From Ramazzottius varieornatus (lineage: Eukaryota > Animalia > Tardigrada): a stretch of 64,000 nt of DNA. Positions 37,883-48,795 of this stretch are shown here, one piece after another. Made by a program: the position numbers and the translations under genes. The notes under the pieces were generated by a model, which did no database searches, was not told the DNA's origin, and was given only the letters and a program-made list of their open reading frames with translations. The stretch lies in the NCBI GenBank assembly GCA_001949185.1, contig BDGG01000001.1, positions 8,341,067 to 8,405,066 of the forward strand. Direction: 5' to 3'. The first letter of the stretch is position 1; every line of letters starts with the position of its first letter.

Positions 37883-40800
37883 TAGACCTGGCAAAAGTGT
37901 GATAAAGTGTGGTGTGGTGTTTTTCGGTTTGGTGTTTCTCCACACCGAAATTACTTTTTCGGTGCGAAAGTCGCACCACTTTTTTAGTGTGGTGCAAATC
38001 CCACACCAAACTTTCGGTACACCACATCATATCAAATCCAAAAACCGAAAAATTAGTAAGAGCTAGTTTTCAATATTAGTTCGACATCAACAAATCAAAC
38101 TGCGCCGCATACGGAAACTCAAAAAAATACCAAGATCTTAAACACATTGAAACTTGCACGGTGAAACTATCAAGCGAACTTCTATACTTGGTAACAACCT
38201 TGCCAGCGCGAGAAAACCAACGTTCAGATGGTACCGAAGATGCAGATACAGCCATTAAGTTTGTTACGATTTTAGATAAAACAGGGAAAACATCACGGCG
38301 GGACTTTCACCACAGCAGCACGTCACATTTTGGCTCCGCAGAGCTTCCGAGATAACTGTCGACTTCGTTTTGTTGAGCCGTCAAACCGCTGGCGAGTTTT
38401 CGCAGGAAAGAATCGCGTAGAGATGCAGGCTGTGGGTTTGTAACAGTGGAACTGTGCGGAATTCCGATACTCTGATCTGAGTAAAGACCGACGTATTTCT
38501 TCAGCACTTCAATGGCTCGTAGCTTCTCTTCCGGGTTCGCGAAGGCATTTGTTTTGACGCATGGATCCAAAAGAAGAGCCACGGTTGCGGCTTCTTGCTG
38601 CCAACTATCGGGCACCACTGAAATCAGCTTGGCTGCCATCTTCGCAGCAGTTCTTTTGATATAGGGTTTCTGCAAATGATTATCGTGCACAAACACAAGT
38701 TCACCCTTACCTCGGTTAGATCATCTTGCACAACCTTAAGGAAGAATAATTAACTTGAGAGAAGAGCAACTTCAATTCGAATTTCAATCTATAACTAGAT
38801 TGAATTCCGTGAAAAAATGGTCTTGTTCCAATAAAGTAACTTGAGAATCCATGATCCAAAGTGGACACATGGAACCATATTTGACAAATTAACGCAGCTC
38901 TTCTCTCACTTAACTATTTTTACCTTGATGTGGTCGTGGAGAATTGAAAGACACTGCTTGTCGAGGTGAAACGTAGGACAAAGTGATGCCGAGCAGTCGT
39001 TAGTAGCTTGCTCTAACGGCACCAGGAAACTTATCAGATGGCTCACGTCTTCCCATTCGGAATCTTCGAGCAAATTCTTCTTGAACGCGGTGGTAGCATA
39101 AGTAGCAGCATACCTTTTCAGATGATGTCTTGCCTCGTAAGCACCGCGCAGCATTGGTAGAGTACTGTTCCATCTTGTCGAGACATCCAAGGGTAATCTG
39201 AGTTGCCTGTCTTTGTCCTTTTCCTTCTCTGACTCTCGTAACGCAATGTACTGCTTCTTTGCTTTAGGCTTTCGGACGAATTTCACCATTTCGCGTATTC
39301 GGCTTACAATCTTCAGGTCATCTTCGACACCAACTTCCGCTACGTTGTTCATTACATGGCAGACACATCGTAGACGGAATTCTGACACTGCAAAAAACAA
39401 ATGAAAAATATTTTTCCAGCACATTAGGTCTTAGTTACCAAAGCAAGTTCGTCTTTGAACTTTTCTCGTACGAATCTGATTCGCGATGTTGTACCTTGTG
39501 TATTGACATTCTGGCTTTGGTGTTCTAGTTGAAGTTCTGGTTTTATATCGTTAAAAAAGGCTTTCATGTTAGCAGCCCCATCCATGGTCCAACCGAACGT
39601 CTTGTGTGCGATACCGTACTCTCTTAAGATTGCCATGACGTCTTCCTTCAGAGCATCCCCGGAATGTTCTGCTGGTAAGCTGACAAACCCGAGCAGTAGT
39701 TCCTCTAGCTCGAATTCAGAAGTCACCCAGTGTGCAGTAATTCCCATGTATCCTTCCTGGGCTACAGATGTCCATGGGTCTGACGTTAGGGAGATTCTGC
39801 CAGGTACGTTAGCCAACTGTCCCCTCACCTAGAAAACAAATTGCACTATGACCAAATGTTAAAAGAGGCCAGAGTAAAATTACTACTAAGCAGTAGGGCT
39901 TGCCTTCTGCCTGTACTTCCCGAAATCCGCAACGAGCCAGGCTTTCAATGTGTTCCTGCTGGAGGCTTCGTACAAAGGATTTAAAGCTCGAGCAAACTCT
40001 ATGAATTCAGGATAGTCCACAAGAGCGAAGGGTAGATTTCCGCCTGTGGTGAGTCGCTTGAGTCGATCATCAAGCGCTTGCTGCTCTTTACGGCTCATTT
40101 TTGGAACGACGGGCTGAAAGGCTTTCGGGACTGCTGCTGATTGTGAGCTGGTGGAGTTGGCCGTCTTTCCTTCTGCTTTCTTCCAGTCGGTTCGATGACA
40201 ACCCTTGGTATGAGTTGATAGTACAGAGCTGGAATTGCTGCCCGCGAAAGTCTGCCTGCAGTTACCAAAGCTACACTTGAACTTCTTGGCTCTTTCATCA
40301 TGCTTCCAGTACTTGTAGACAGGCGCTCGATGTTTCACATCTTTCGCACACTTCTTGCTCTTGACAGTCGACGTTGATGAACTTAGAGACGGGGACGGCG
40401 AGGCAGCTGGGGCAGTATCCATTAGCACATCGGTGTCGGCCATTTCGCCATCATCCCTTTCTCGTCGTGTGCCATCCCTCTCTTCGCTCTCCGCGCGAAT
40501 TTGCTCCAGCTCTTGGTCCCACGTTAACCTATTTCGAAACATGCTACCTAGCTGAGTTCAGAGGATATGGGCGAACGTTCGATAAAGGACAGGAAGGCAC
40601 ACATCCATAGGAAAAATACCCGCATCTGTCAGATCATGGGTCTCTGCAGCACGAAATAATCAGCACCGTATGTCAATCAACTACCGAGCGTAGTCGAGGA
40701 TTTGCGGTAATGGTCTTATTTATTTGTTTTATTATTTAACACCGGTACACCGAAAGTTTTTCGGTTTGGTGTGATGTGGTGTCCTCGAACACCGAAACCG

Positions 40801-40917
40801 AAGATTCGGTGTAAAACAGACACCACTTTTTTCGGTTTGGTGTTTTACGCACACCGAAACCGAAAAGTGTGGTTTTTTTCGGTGTGGTGTGGTAAAACCA
40901 CACCATTGCCAGGTCTA
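37883..40917 (-). mobile_element. Inner full-length hAT (Ac-like) transposon
   Basis: TIR tagacctggcaa, TSD ctactacg / ctgctacg, CACAC and CCGAAA subterminal repeats. Confidence 0.93.
38076..40542 (-). pseudogene. BED-finger hAT transposase, 5 predicted exons, one premature TGA
   Basis: BED finger VYKYW..C..C..H..H; ISLTSDPWTS, TMDGAANM, RCVCH, DVSTRWNST, SSVPSERWFS; exons 40542-39904, 39828-39495, 39387-38924, 38734-38711, 38669-38076; TGA at 38307-38309. Confidence 0.88.
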
Positions 40918-41182
40918 CTGCTACGTAACGTTAGCAAAACGAGTTGGGCTGTTCTGCTTTGGTTGTCTGTTTTATTGATTCAGGTAGGTTTATCCGGATA
41001 AACCTCGAATGGATAGAGATGTTATCCGGATCATATCCGGATGGATAAGAGTTTTATGGATGAAATTATTATCCAATCCAGGTTGTATCCGGATATATCC
41101 GGATAAATCCGTTGTGGATGGATAATCAACATCCCTACCCGCCGGTAAAACGATGACGAGTGGCGGAGACCGAAGACCTCTA

Positions 41183-41521
41183 CGAGGTAAACGTAATAAT
41201 TTGGGCATGTTTTTGGGACGTAATTCGGGTAACTCATATCTCAGCACCTGTAATATCTACCAACCTTCGTTAAGTTTTGTAAGACTAAAGAACCACTCTC
41301 CTAAAGCTTTCAACCGGTCTAAGGAAGCAAGTAAAAAGGCTACAAGTTCGAGAAATCGACTTCGGCGAGAAGAGGGGTATTCGCAATGTTAAAAAGCCTA
41401 AAGTTGTACGAACCGGCGTACGATGAACAATCAAGGTAGTGTAGACTGCAATGCTTGAACTTTCTGCATTACCCGAATTTTGTCCGGAAAATGGGTATGC
41501 CCGAATTATGTCCTCTACCTC
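41183..41521. mobile_element. ~340-bp MITE, copy A
   Basis: Imperfect TIRs cgaggtaaacgtaataatttgggcat / atgcccgaattatgtcctctacctc, TA flanks, near-identical to 51349-51684. Confidence 0.9.
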
Positions 41522-41940
41522 TAGCGAACCACGGAAAATTTCGAAGAAGACTGAACTTCTCAGAACGAAGCAAGTCGTTCAGTCAGAACCACGGAACAGC
41601 GTGAGCGATGGGTGGTCTTAGTGACGTCAGGAAGCTTTACGTCGCATTCCATTTATTGATAACTTGAAAGTTGCAGTTATATTTGACATACTAAAGTTCA
41701 TTTTCAATGCGTTTATTCGCTACTGAAAAGATTTCTGTACGAGGATCCAGGCTCTAGCTTTTATCAGTTTTATCTTCCGACGAAGTACCAACTCCGCCGA
41801 AGGCCAACTCGTTCCTCACTACCTAAGACTGGAGATCAAACTGACGGATGGATGTTGCTGAACGCTGAGCACACAAGTACGGTCTACTGAGTGTATTGTT
41901 CTCCTTACGGAACTACGGGATTGTGCTCCAGCAACCAACC

Positions 41941-44900
41941 ATGGTCGATAAGCCATCCGATCTCTCAGCAGCGGCCCGACCATCAGGATCAACTGCTATT
42001 CCTGTAGTGAAAGAGCAGTCCGTCTTGAAGACACCCACAGTGGCTGCACCAAAGCGCCCATCCACCCGCGCGTCCATTGCTCGGCAAGGGCAGTTACCAG
42101 ATCTCTTTGACGATAGTCCCGTTCTAACTCTCCCCATCGTCAAAGCCAGAGCTCCACCTGGACCACCACGCAAAGTCGGACGTCCTCGAAAGGTACAACA
42201 AGCTTCAGAAGACGAAGCCAGCCAGCCTGTCGAAGCTGAGCCTGAGCCAACTCCGTCAACAAGCTCAGGTACGAACTTTCTAAATTAGTTTAGTTTTTTC
42301 CTGTGGAAATTACTACACTATCCGAGTTTGCGTTGCAGAAAGTGAACCTTCATCAAAGGCAGACAGCGTCATCACCCTGGATGAACCTGCCAGAGCTTCT
42401 GCTGTCAGCCAGAGTACCAAAATCACCACGATTACATCGACTAAGACGGTAAGTTGGCACTTTTTTTTACAAGTGGCGCATCAGTGCAGCCAACACCGCT
42501 GAAAATATCCGCCACTTGGGAAAAAATCTTGTCGAGTTTGTTTGTCGAGCTCGTACTGATTCAGTGCGTCAATTGTTGATCATATGTGGCTTTGAGTAAC
42601 TTTCTTCTGTCTTAGACGGTGCCTTCAGTCAAGAAAGCTCCAGCAAAGTTTCCTGCCGCTCCCCCACGAACAACACCAGTCGTCTTGGCACCTCCATCTT
42701 CTGCGGCCAAAGTCCTGCCTTCCACTTCCTCAGCTCCGATACCGCTGACCACCGCTCCGAAGAAGTACACGTCCATCGTCAACAGCATCGTACCTTCGGG
42801 TATTGGGGTGACAGGCCCGAAGGTCGACAAAGTGCCACCAGGGACGGCCGTCTCCATCAAGAAGTCGGAATTTGTGTCCGGCGTGGCACGAGAAGACGAC
42901 GAAACGTTGTCGCCATCCAAAGACAAAGAGCTCGAGTTCATCTCGGTGGTCATGCCTCTCAAGAAAGATACTCCTCCGTCACCCGAGAAGAAGGACGAGT
43001 ATGTCATCAAGAAACCTCCAACGGTCCAGAAGCCCCAAAAACCCTCAGGTTTGTTATTTTGCTGCTGATGGTTAGCCGTAGGGTGGTTGTAATTACGTCA
43101 TAGTACGGTCAGAGTTGAAATCCGGCTTCTTGCTGTAGTGTCGCAATGCAATCACGCCGTGCTCTTTAATTGCAGTTTCGACATAGTTTACGATTTGTCC
43201 CGCGTGGCTTACCAAATTCCGTCTAACCCTTTTCGACCGTATGGCTTGAATATATTTACCATCATAACTTTTTCAGGTTCGACGGATCACCAGGTTTTAA
43301 CGGACACCAGCAAGGTTGTCGGTCGACCATCTGCCGCTCCTTCAACGGGATGCATCGTCGTGCCACCCAACAGCTTCAACAGCTCCATGCCGGCGCACGT
43401 GGCTGCCAAGCTAGCCAGTCCTTTAGGCAAGACACCTGGCTTGATTCCTCTAGGCAGCGTCGGTAGCGTCTTGTCCAAGTTCGCCACTTCCTCGGCTGGT
43501 TCCAGCAGTGAGTCGAGCCATTCTTTGCCCTCCATCACAGTCCTGACGACACCTCACACGGCTTCGTCGTTAGAAAAGCTACCTGCGCCGAAACCGCCCA
43601 TTCCATTAGTCATTGCTTCCTCATTGCCACATGTACACTCAGAGAGGGAAAAGACCATTTTCGTTCCCCCTTCGCCGTCTTCGACTATTAGCTTGTCTGT
43701 GCCTCTCACTGGGTCTTCGCTGGATGAAACTATCGAGGAAGTGTCAAAGGGGCATTTTAGAATGCGAGCGCTGGACTCGGACTCTACGCTAACGGCATCA
43801 GAGACCGAAGCTTTGGAGGAACGCTTGAAGGTAGTAACTTTGAACGATTGTCAGCTTCTTCAAGACTGGCCTGCCTCAATCTTTTTATCGTAGAATAAAG
43901 TGGAATCGCCAAACTCGAAAAAGTCTGCGGCGAAGAAGAAAAGACCGGTGGCGCAGCTGAGCAGTGAACATCGCGCAGCGCTACCGTTGGACCGTCTGGT
44001 GGCCATCTCGGAAGAGGCCAAGAAAAGGCTCAAGCTGGACTTTGCAGCATCCAATGCTCACAAGAAGGCAGCTTTGAACAATGCAGCGGCAGCGGCAGCG
44101 ACGACGAACGCCGTGAAGAAGCATCCGGAGATTCCAGTACTCACCTCAACGCCGATATCGGTACAATTTAAACCGTGACTCGGTACACAAACTCGACAAG
44201 AATGTCTTCCCAAGTGGCGCACCACGTCAGTGTTACTGGCTGAAAACGTGCGCCACTTGAAAGACGGATATCGTCGAACTTGTTTCCTGAGATCCCAAGT
44301 ATTCCTTCTTGTAAAGAAGACACATTGATCTAGTGGGGCAACTTTAGGGTAGTCATTTCCACCACGGTATGTTGTTGCAGAAGAAGGATGTGGCAGTTCC
44401 GACCAAGTCGACGAAGCATCCTTCATCATTGGCCAACTTTCCTCTGCGGATATCGACGGAAGGTATCGTGACACCATCCGCTCCTTCAGCTGCAACTTCA
44501 CATCAGGGAGATAAGCGAGTGGCGGTAGTGAAGGAAAATGTCCAGCCGGAGCCGAAGCCGGTTGTGGTCGAGATCAAGAAACCTTTCCACTTCGTCAAAG
44601 CCGACTTTTCCGACGAAGACCAGAACAGTATGGACGCTCATGGCTTCGACTGGACATCACCAAACCGTCCGGCAAAAGAAGCTACCACTGTAAGTGAACA
44701 TGGGAATGATTCTCAGACGTTCCTGGCGAAAAGAGAACATGCGCCGGTTGGCCGAGGCTTATTTCCCGGTCAATCGGCGCATTTTCTTGTACGTTAATGT
44801 TATAGTTTGCGCGAGTAGTCTGATTGGTCTACCCCGATGAAGTAGCGCACAATTGTATTCTAGTTTTATAGTGGTGTTTAGGTGTGTTTGGGGGTTTGCA

Positions 44901-47900
44901 GGCGAAGAATAACATGGTGGCGTCTCCGAGCGTGGAGGAGCGGGATAGAAATTCCGCTTACAAAGCACGGTCGCTGTCCATCGCGTCGGACATGACGGAA
45001 GACACGGTCAGCATGTCCATGTCCAGCACAGCCATGGACTACGAACCACGGCGGCGTGCCGCTCATGCTACAGACAGGGAAAGCACCAAGAAACGGAAGA
45101 AAACAACCCTCCGCGAAGCTTACAAGATTGGCAGCGCACCGCTGACCGACCTGGGCAGGTGGAAACCGCAAGATGATATGCTTCTGATAGTCGCAGTCCA
45201 AGAGGTAAATATAACTCAAACACCATACAAGGCTCGAAAAGGTTCCTCAAATAATCGTTTCGGATTTCCATTGTGTTCTTGCAGTATCGGGACTTGGCCA
45301 TGGTTCACAAATACGTCAAGTTCTCCTGCCATTTTACCGCTATTGAAATTCAAGAGCGATGGTTCAACTTGCTGTACAACAAGAAGATTTCCAAGTCAGT
45401 ACAGAATCCATCGCTTCCTGACGGACTGAGAGTAAACTTGTCCCTCAGTTGTTCATCCGTCTTTTTTCCAGAGCTGCTTGTCAGGCTGTACGTTCTTCTC
45501 CGTCGGACATTTTGGCCGATGTCCAGGGGAAGACGCCCTTTTCTGAAGCCGAAGAAGCCATTCTATCAGAAATACCGATGGTACATCATTCCCCTCATAT
45601 TTTCATGGTGACGCTTCATGACTTTCTTGCAGCTTTTGGAGTATCCGGAGTTGGAAGTCTTCGAGATTGTGCTGGAGGCCAATCACAACGTCTTTCCGCC
45701 CTTCCGTTTGGCGGAGGACCTGGAAAAACACTGGCGCATTATGCTGGCCGAAGGACGCATCGACAAGTGCGATAACCGTAAGTCTGCTTTCTGATGGCTC
45801 CTAGATAGAATTGTACGCCATGGCCATGTTTTCTTGTAGTTTGCGTCGTACCGGATGAGCAGATTTCCTACAACGGCGATCGTTTACCCTGTTTTGCCGA
45901 AATGGAAGCTCGCATCAAAGACGTCGATCTCAAGTAAGTCATACCATTCCTCCCCCCTAAACCTAGCTCTATGGTGGTAGCTATATCCTTCTTGCAGAAA
46001 TTGGATACATGTCTCGGGAGAGTTTGCCTACGGTAAGACTATCCTCGTTACGTTGGAAAACTAGTCAATGAGTATAACACCGTCAAATTCGTCTTGGCAG
46101 AAATGGACAAGATCCAGCGGCAGAATCGAGAAAGAATACACGTCTTGGACGCCGAGATCAATCATCTGCGCTTCCTCCTCGAACGAACCATCAACTATCA
46201 ACTTCCAGGTAACGACTCGAGCTTCGGAAACAAACTCGACAGGGTTCTTTTCCCAAGTGGCGCACTTTCTCAGCCGCAGAACTGAAAAGTTGCGCGACTT
46301 GGGAAAGCAATCTTGGTCAGTGCAGCTCCCAGATTATGGCCTTCTTTGCTGTCGTCGTAGATTGTGGGAAGCCCGATTTTTTTAGTGTTCACGATCGAGC
46401 TTTCCTGGCTCTCCTGACGGGTCAACGGGCCAAGTTTGGTATCAAGAGTGGAAGAGTAAGTCAGGCGTTTGTTTCTCTGTCTAGCTTCAAACAAGCAGTT
46501 TTTGACTGTTGTATCGCCTCTTATAGGTGTCTTTTGGGCGATCGTGTGGTGATCACGTCGTCGACGTGGACATGTCCCTGGAAGGCTACGCTGGCAAGCT
46601 GTCGCGAACTCAGGGATATATCTACCTCGAGCGTAACGGTAGCTTCCGCATCGAGAACCACGGACGACGTCCGGTCTTCGTCAATCAGATCATTCTGGAC
46701 TATGGCGATTCCTGCGTCCTGACAGACGAATCGATGATTGAGGTACGTCACTTCCGCTTTGCCAAAAGTCCGCAAACGTTTAAAACACACGGGGAGTTCG
46801 ATAGACAGATTCGACATGATTGTTGCCAGTTGCGCACTTTTTCCCCGAGAAGCACTGTGAACGTGCGCCACTGGGAGAATCAAACAAATTGGACAGAGTT
46901 TTGTTCTAAGTGGCGCACGCTGTTGGTCAGTGACGCTGAGAAGTGCGCCACTTTGGGAACAACAATTGTGCGCAGCTCTGAGCAGTATATACCCTTTCGG
47001 AAATAGAATAGAGCAGAGCTGCAAATAACAGAAGTGGATGACAAAACGTTTTGATGAATTGAATTTGGATGACGGAGAGTTGACCGGTGGATTTTGTAGG
47101 TAGGAGATTTGTGTCTGCAGTTTTACATGAACCACATGCGGATTGGCCGCTACCTCCGTCAAAAGTATAGCGGCGAGTACTTTTCTGACGAAGAGCCCAT
47201 CGACCACCAAGAGCGGGACCGAAGACCAAAAAGCATCAAAGTAACTCGCAAGCCGTCGAAAGTCCCAAAGAACAATACCTACGAGCAAGCAGCTGTCTTA
47301 TCCGAAGCCGACGCTTCTGACAGCGGATCCATCGAAAAATTTGACCAAGAACAGACGTTAGGAAACAACCGGTCTTCCAAGGGAAGAACCACCAAAAAAT
47401 CAGGCGAGTCAAGAAATCTTCTGTTCTGTAATGAGAAAACACACTCGGCAAGATCGTTTTCCCAAGTGGCGCAAGTCTTTAGCCAGTAAAACCGTAACTG
47501 TGCGTCACTTGGAGAAGAATTCCGGACTATCAATAGATGGTTTCCAAGTGGCGCACGCCTCTCGTCAGTAGCACCGGAAGCGCGCGCGCCGCTTGAGCAA
47601 ACAGTTTTGTCAGGTTTTCTTCCTGCGTTCATAAATTATTCTGCCTTTGATTTTCACTTACCGTCGTAATTTTCTTAGGCAAGTCTCTGCTGGCTACGGT
47701 TCTGTCTCAGGAACCCAACGCTGTTGAGTCTTCCGAGTTGTCAACGGTTCCGAGTGTCAAGAAGTCGTCGAAGAAGTCGAAAGCGACTGCGGTAGAAGAA
47801 GCGCAGGCCTCACTGGACGAAAGCGCTTCTGCGCCGCCGGCTTCACAGATGGAGACGACACAGTCCGCAGTGACGTCAGCCTTGTCAGTAATAGCGGGCT

Positions 47901-48049
47901 ACGGTGGGCCCTTGCCGCCCGCTTTGTCCCTGGCTAGCCGTATGATGTCTGAGTCTCCCGTCTCGCAGATGGCCGCTTTGAACGCTGTCAATGATCTGCT
48001 GCAAGCGCAGCACACACAGATGGACTCACATTCGACGCTTCAACAGTAA
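41941..48049 (+). CDS. MCRS1: Microspherule protein 1 (MCRS1/Rcd5), 17 exons, ~1296 aa
   Basis: MCRS_N LGRWKPQDDMLLIVAVQ..VKFSCHFT..EIQERWFNLLY; FHA VDVDMSLEGYAGKLSRTQG..NHGRRPVFVN. Phase-consistent exons: 41941-42268, 42339-42448, 42616-43048, 43277-43830, 43894-44160, 44381-44689, 44902-45204, 45285-45394, 45472-45580, 45633-45777, 45840-45933, 45998-46032, 46101-46208, 46361-46455, 46527-46742, 47100-47403, 47679-48049. Confidence 0.9.
42460..42545. repeat. Palindromic element, MCRS1 intron 2
   Basis: caagtggcgcat-25 nt-atccgccacttggg. Confidence 0.85.
44186..44285. repeat. Palindromic element, MCRS1 intron 5
   Basis: aaactcgacaagaatgtcttcccaagtggcgcac-25 nt-gtgcgccacttg. Confidence 0.9.
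46228..46320. repeat. Palindromic element, MCRS1 intron 13
   Basis: cccaagtggcgcac-24 nt-ttgcgcgacttggg. Confidence 0.85.
46795..46970. repeat. Tandem pair of palindromic elements, MCRS1 intron 15
   Basis: Spacers 25 and 24 nt. Confidence 0.85.
47435..47615. repeat. Tandem pair of palindromic elements, MCRS1 intron 16
   Basis: Left arms near 47461 and 47543. Confidence 0.85.
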
Positions 48050-48695
48050 AGAGTTTACAGTGTGGAAGCAAGTTTCTCCAATGCTGAAAGTATGGTCGAA
48101 CCTTTCGCCAAGGAATACTAGACTGGCATGAAGCATTGTTTTTACTTTATCACTTACTGACAGTTTTAGTATACTGATTTTATTTGTTATCTCTTGTGTA
48201 AGCTGTGGTTGATATGGTTCGTTGAGAGGCTCGTTTTTCCTGTAAGAGAAGTCATGGATCCTGAACTTTCGAAGTTCAATAAAATTTAGCCGTCAGCATA
48301 GAGGTATCGGATAATCGCAAGTTCGGAACAGCTGAATGGAAAAGGGAAAACTGGGTGGCATAATATAAAGAATAATGAAGTGATGTCGTAGCTGAGCTCT
48401 TTGTGCAAGATTATTAGGGGCATTATCGGGAATTATGTGGTCTGTGTTCTGAAGGACACACCCAGCTCGAACCTGACGTAACTTGTTATAACTGACCCCG
48501 CTGCTCTTTCACGTAATACGACCTGATCTGTGAAGAGCGCGACGCGGGGAGTCCTCAAATTCCCCCAAAAGTTATCGACCTTTCTCAAAACAATACCGAT
48601 CCCGGTCACATGGACGAAAAAGCCAAAGCGTTGGCCTCTACAACAGCCGACAAAACGAACCAGGATCGGACATACATTTGGGGACTCGCGTCGGC

Positions 48696-48795
48696 AAGCA
48701 AGCTCGACAAAATTGCTTTCCCCAAGTGGCGCGGTCTCTCAGTGTTATTGGCTGTAAGAGTGCGCTACTGGGAAAACCGATCTTGTCCAGTGTGT
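48696..48795. repeat. Palindromic element, intergenic
   Basis: cccaagtggcgcgg-25 nt-gtgcgctactgggaaaaccgatcttgtc. Confidence 0.85.

Larger units (their letters stand above)
37023..41137 (-). mobile_element. Outer hAT element (internally deleted) carrying a nested hAT
   Basis: Perfect 8-bp TSD cccgccgg (37015-37022 / 41138-41145), TAGGG termini, GGATA subterminal repeats, dimerisation-domain exon ~37735-37376 (ASSVPSESAFSGGG). Confidence 0.92.

Noticed and set aside
34874-38309. TGA=Trp genetic code
   Set aside because: Intact genes use TGG for Trp and the GPCR ends normally at TGA
41622-41629. CRE site TGACGTCA upstream of MCRS1
   Set aside because: A single 8-mer that also occurs elsewhere without promoter context
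42449-42615. Palindromic element as an introner creating introns
   Set aside because: Splice sites lie outside the element and many copies are intergenic
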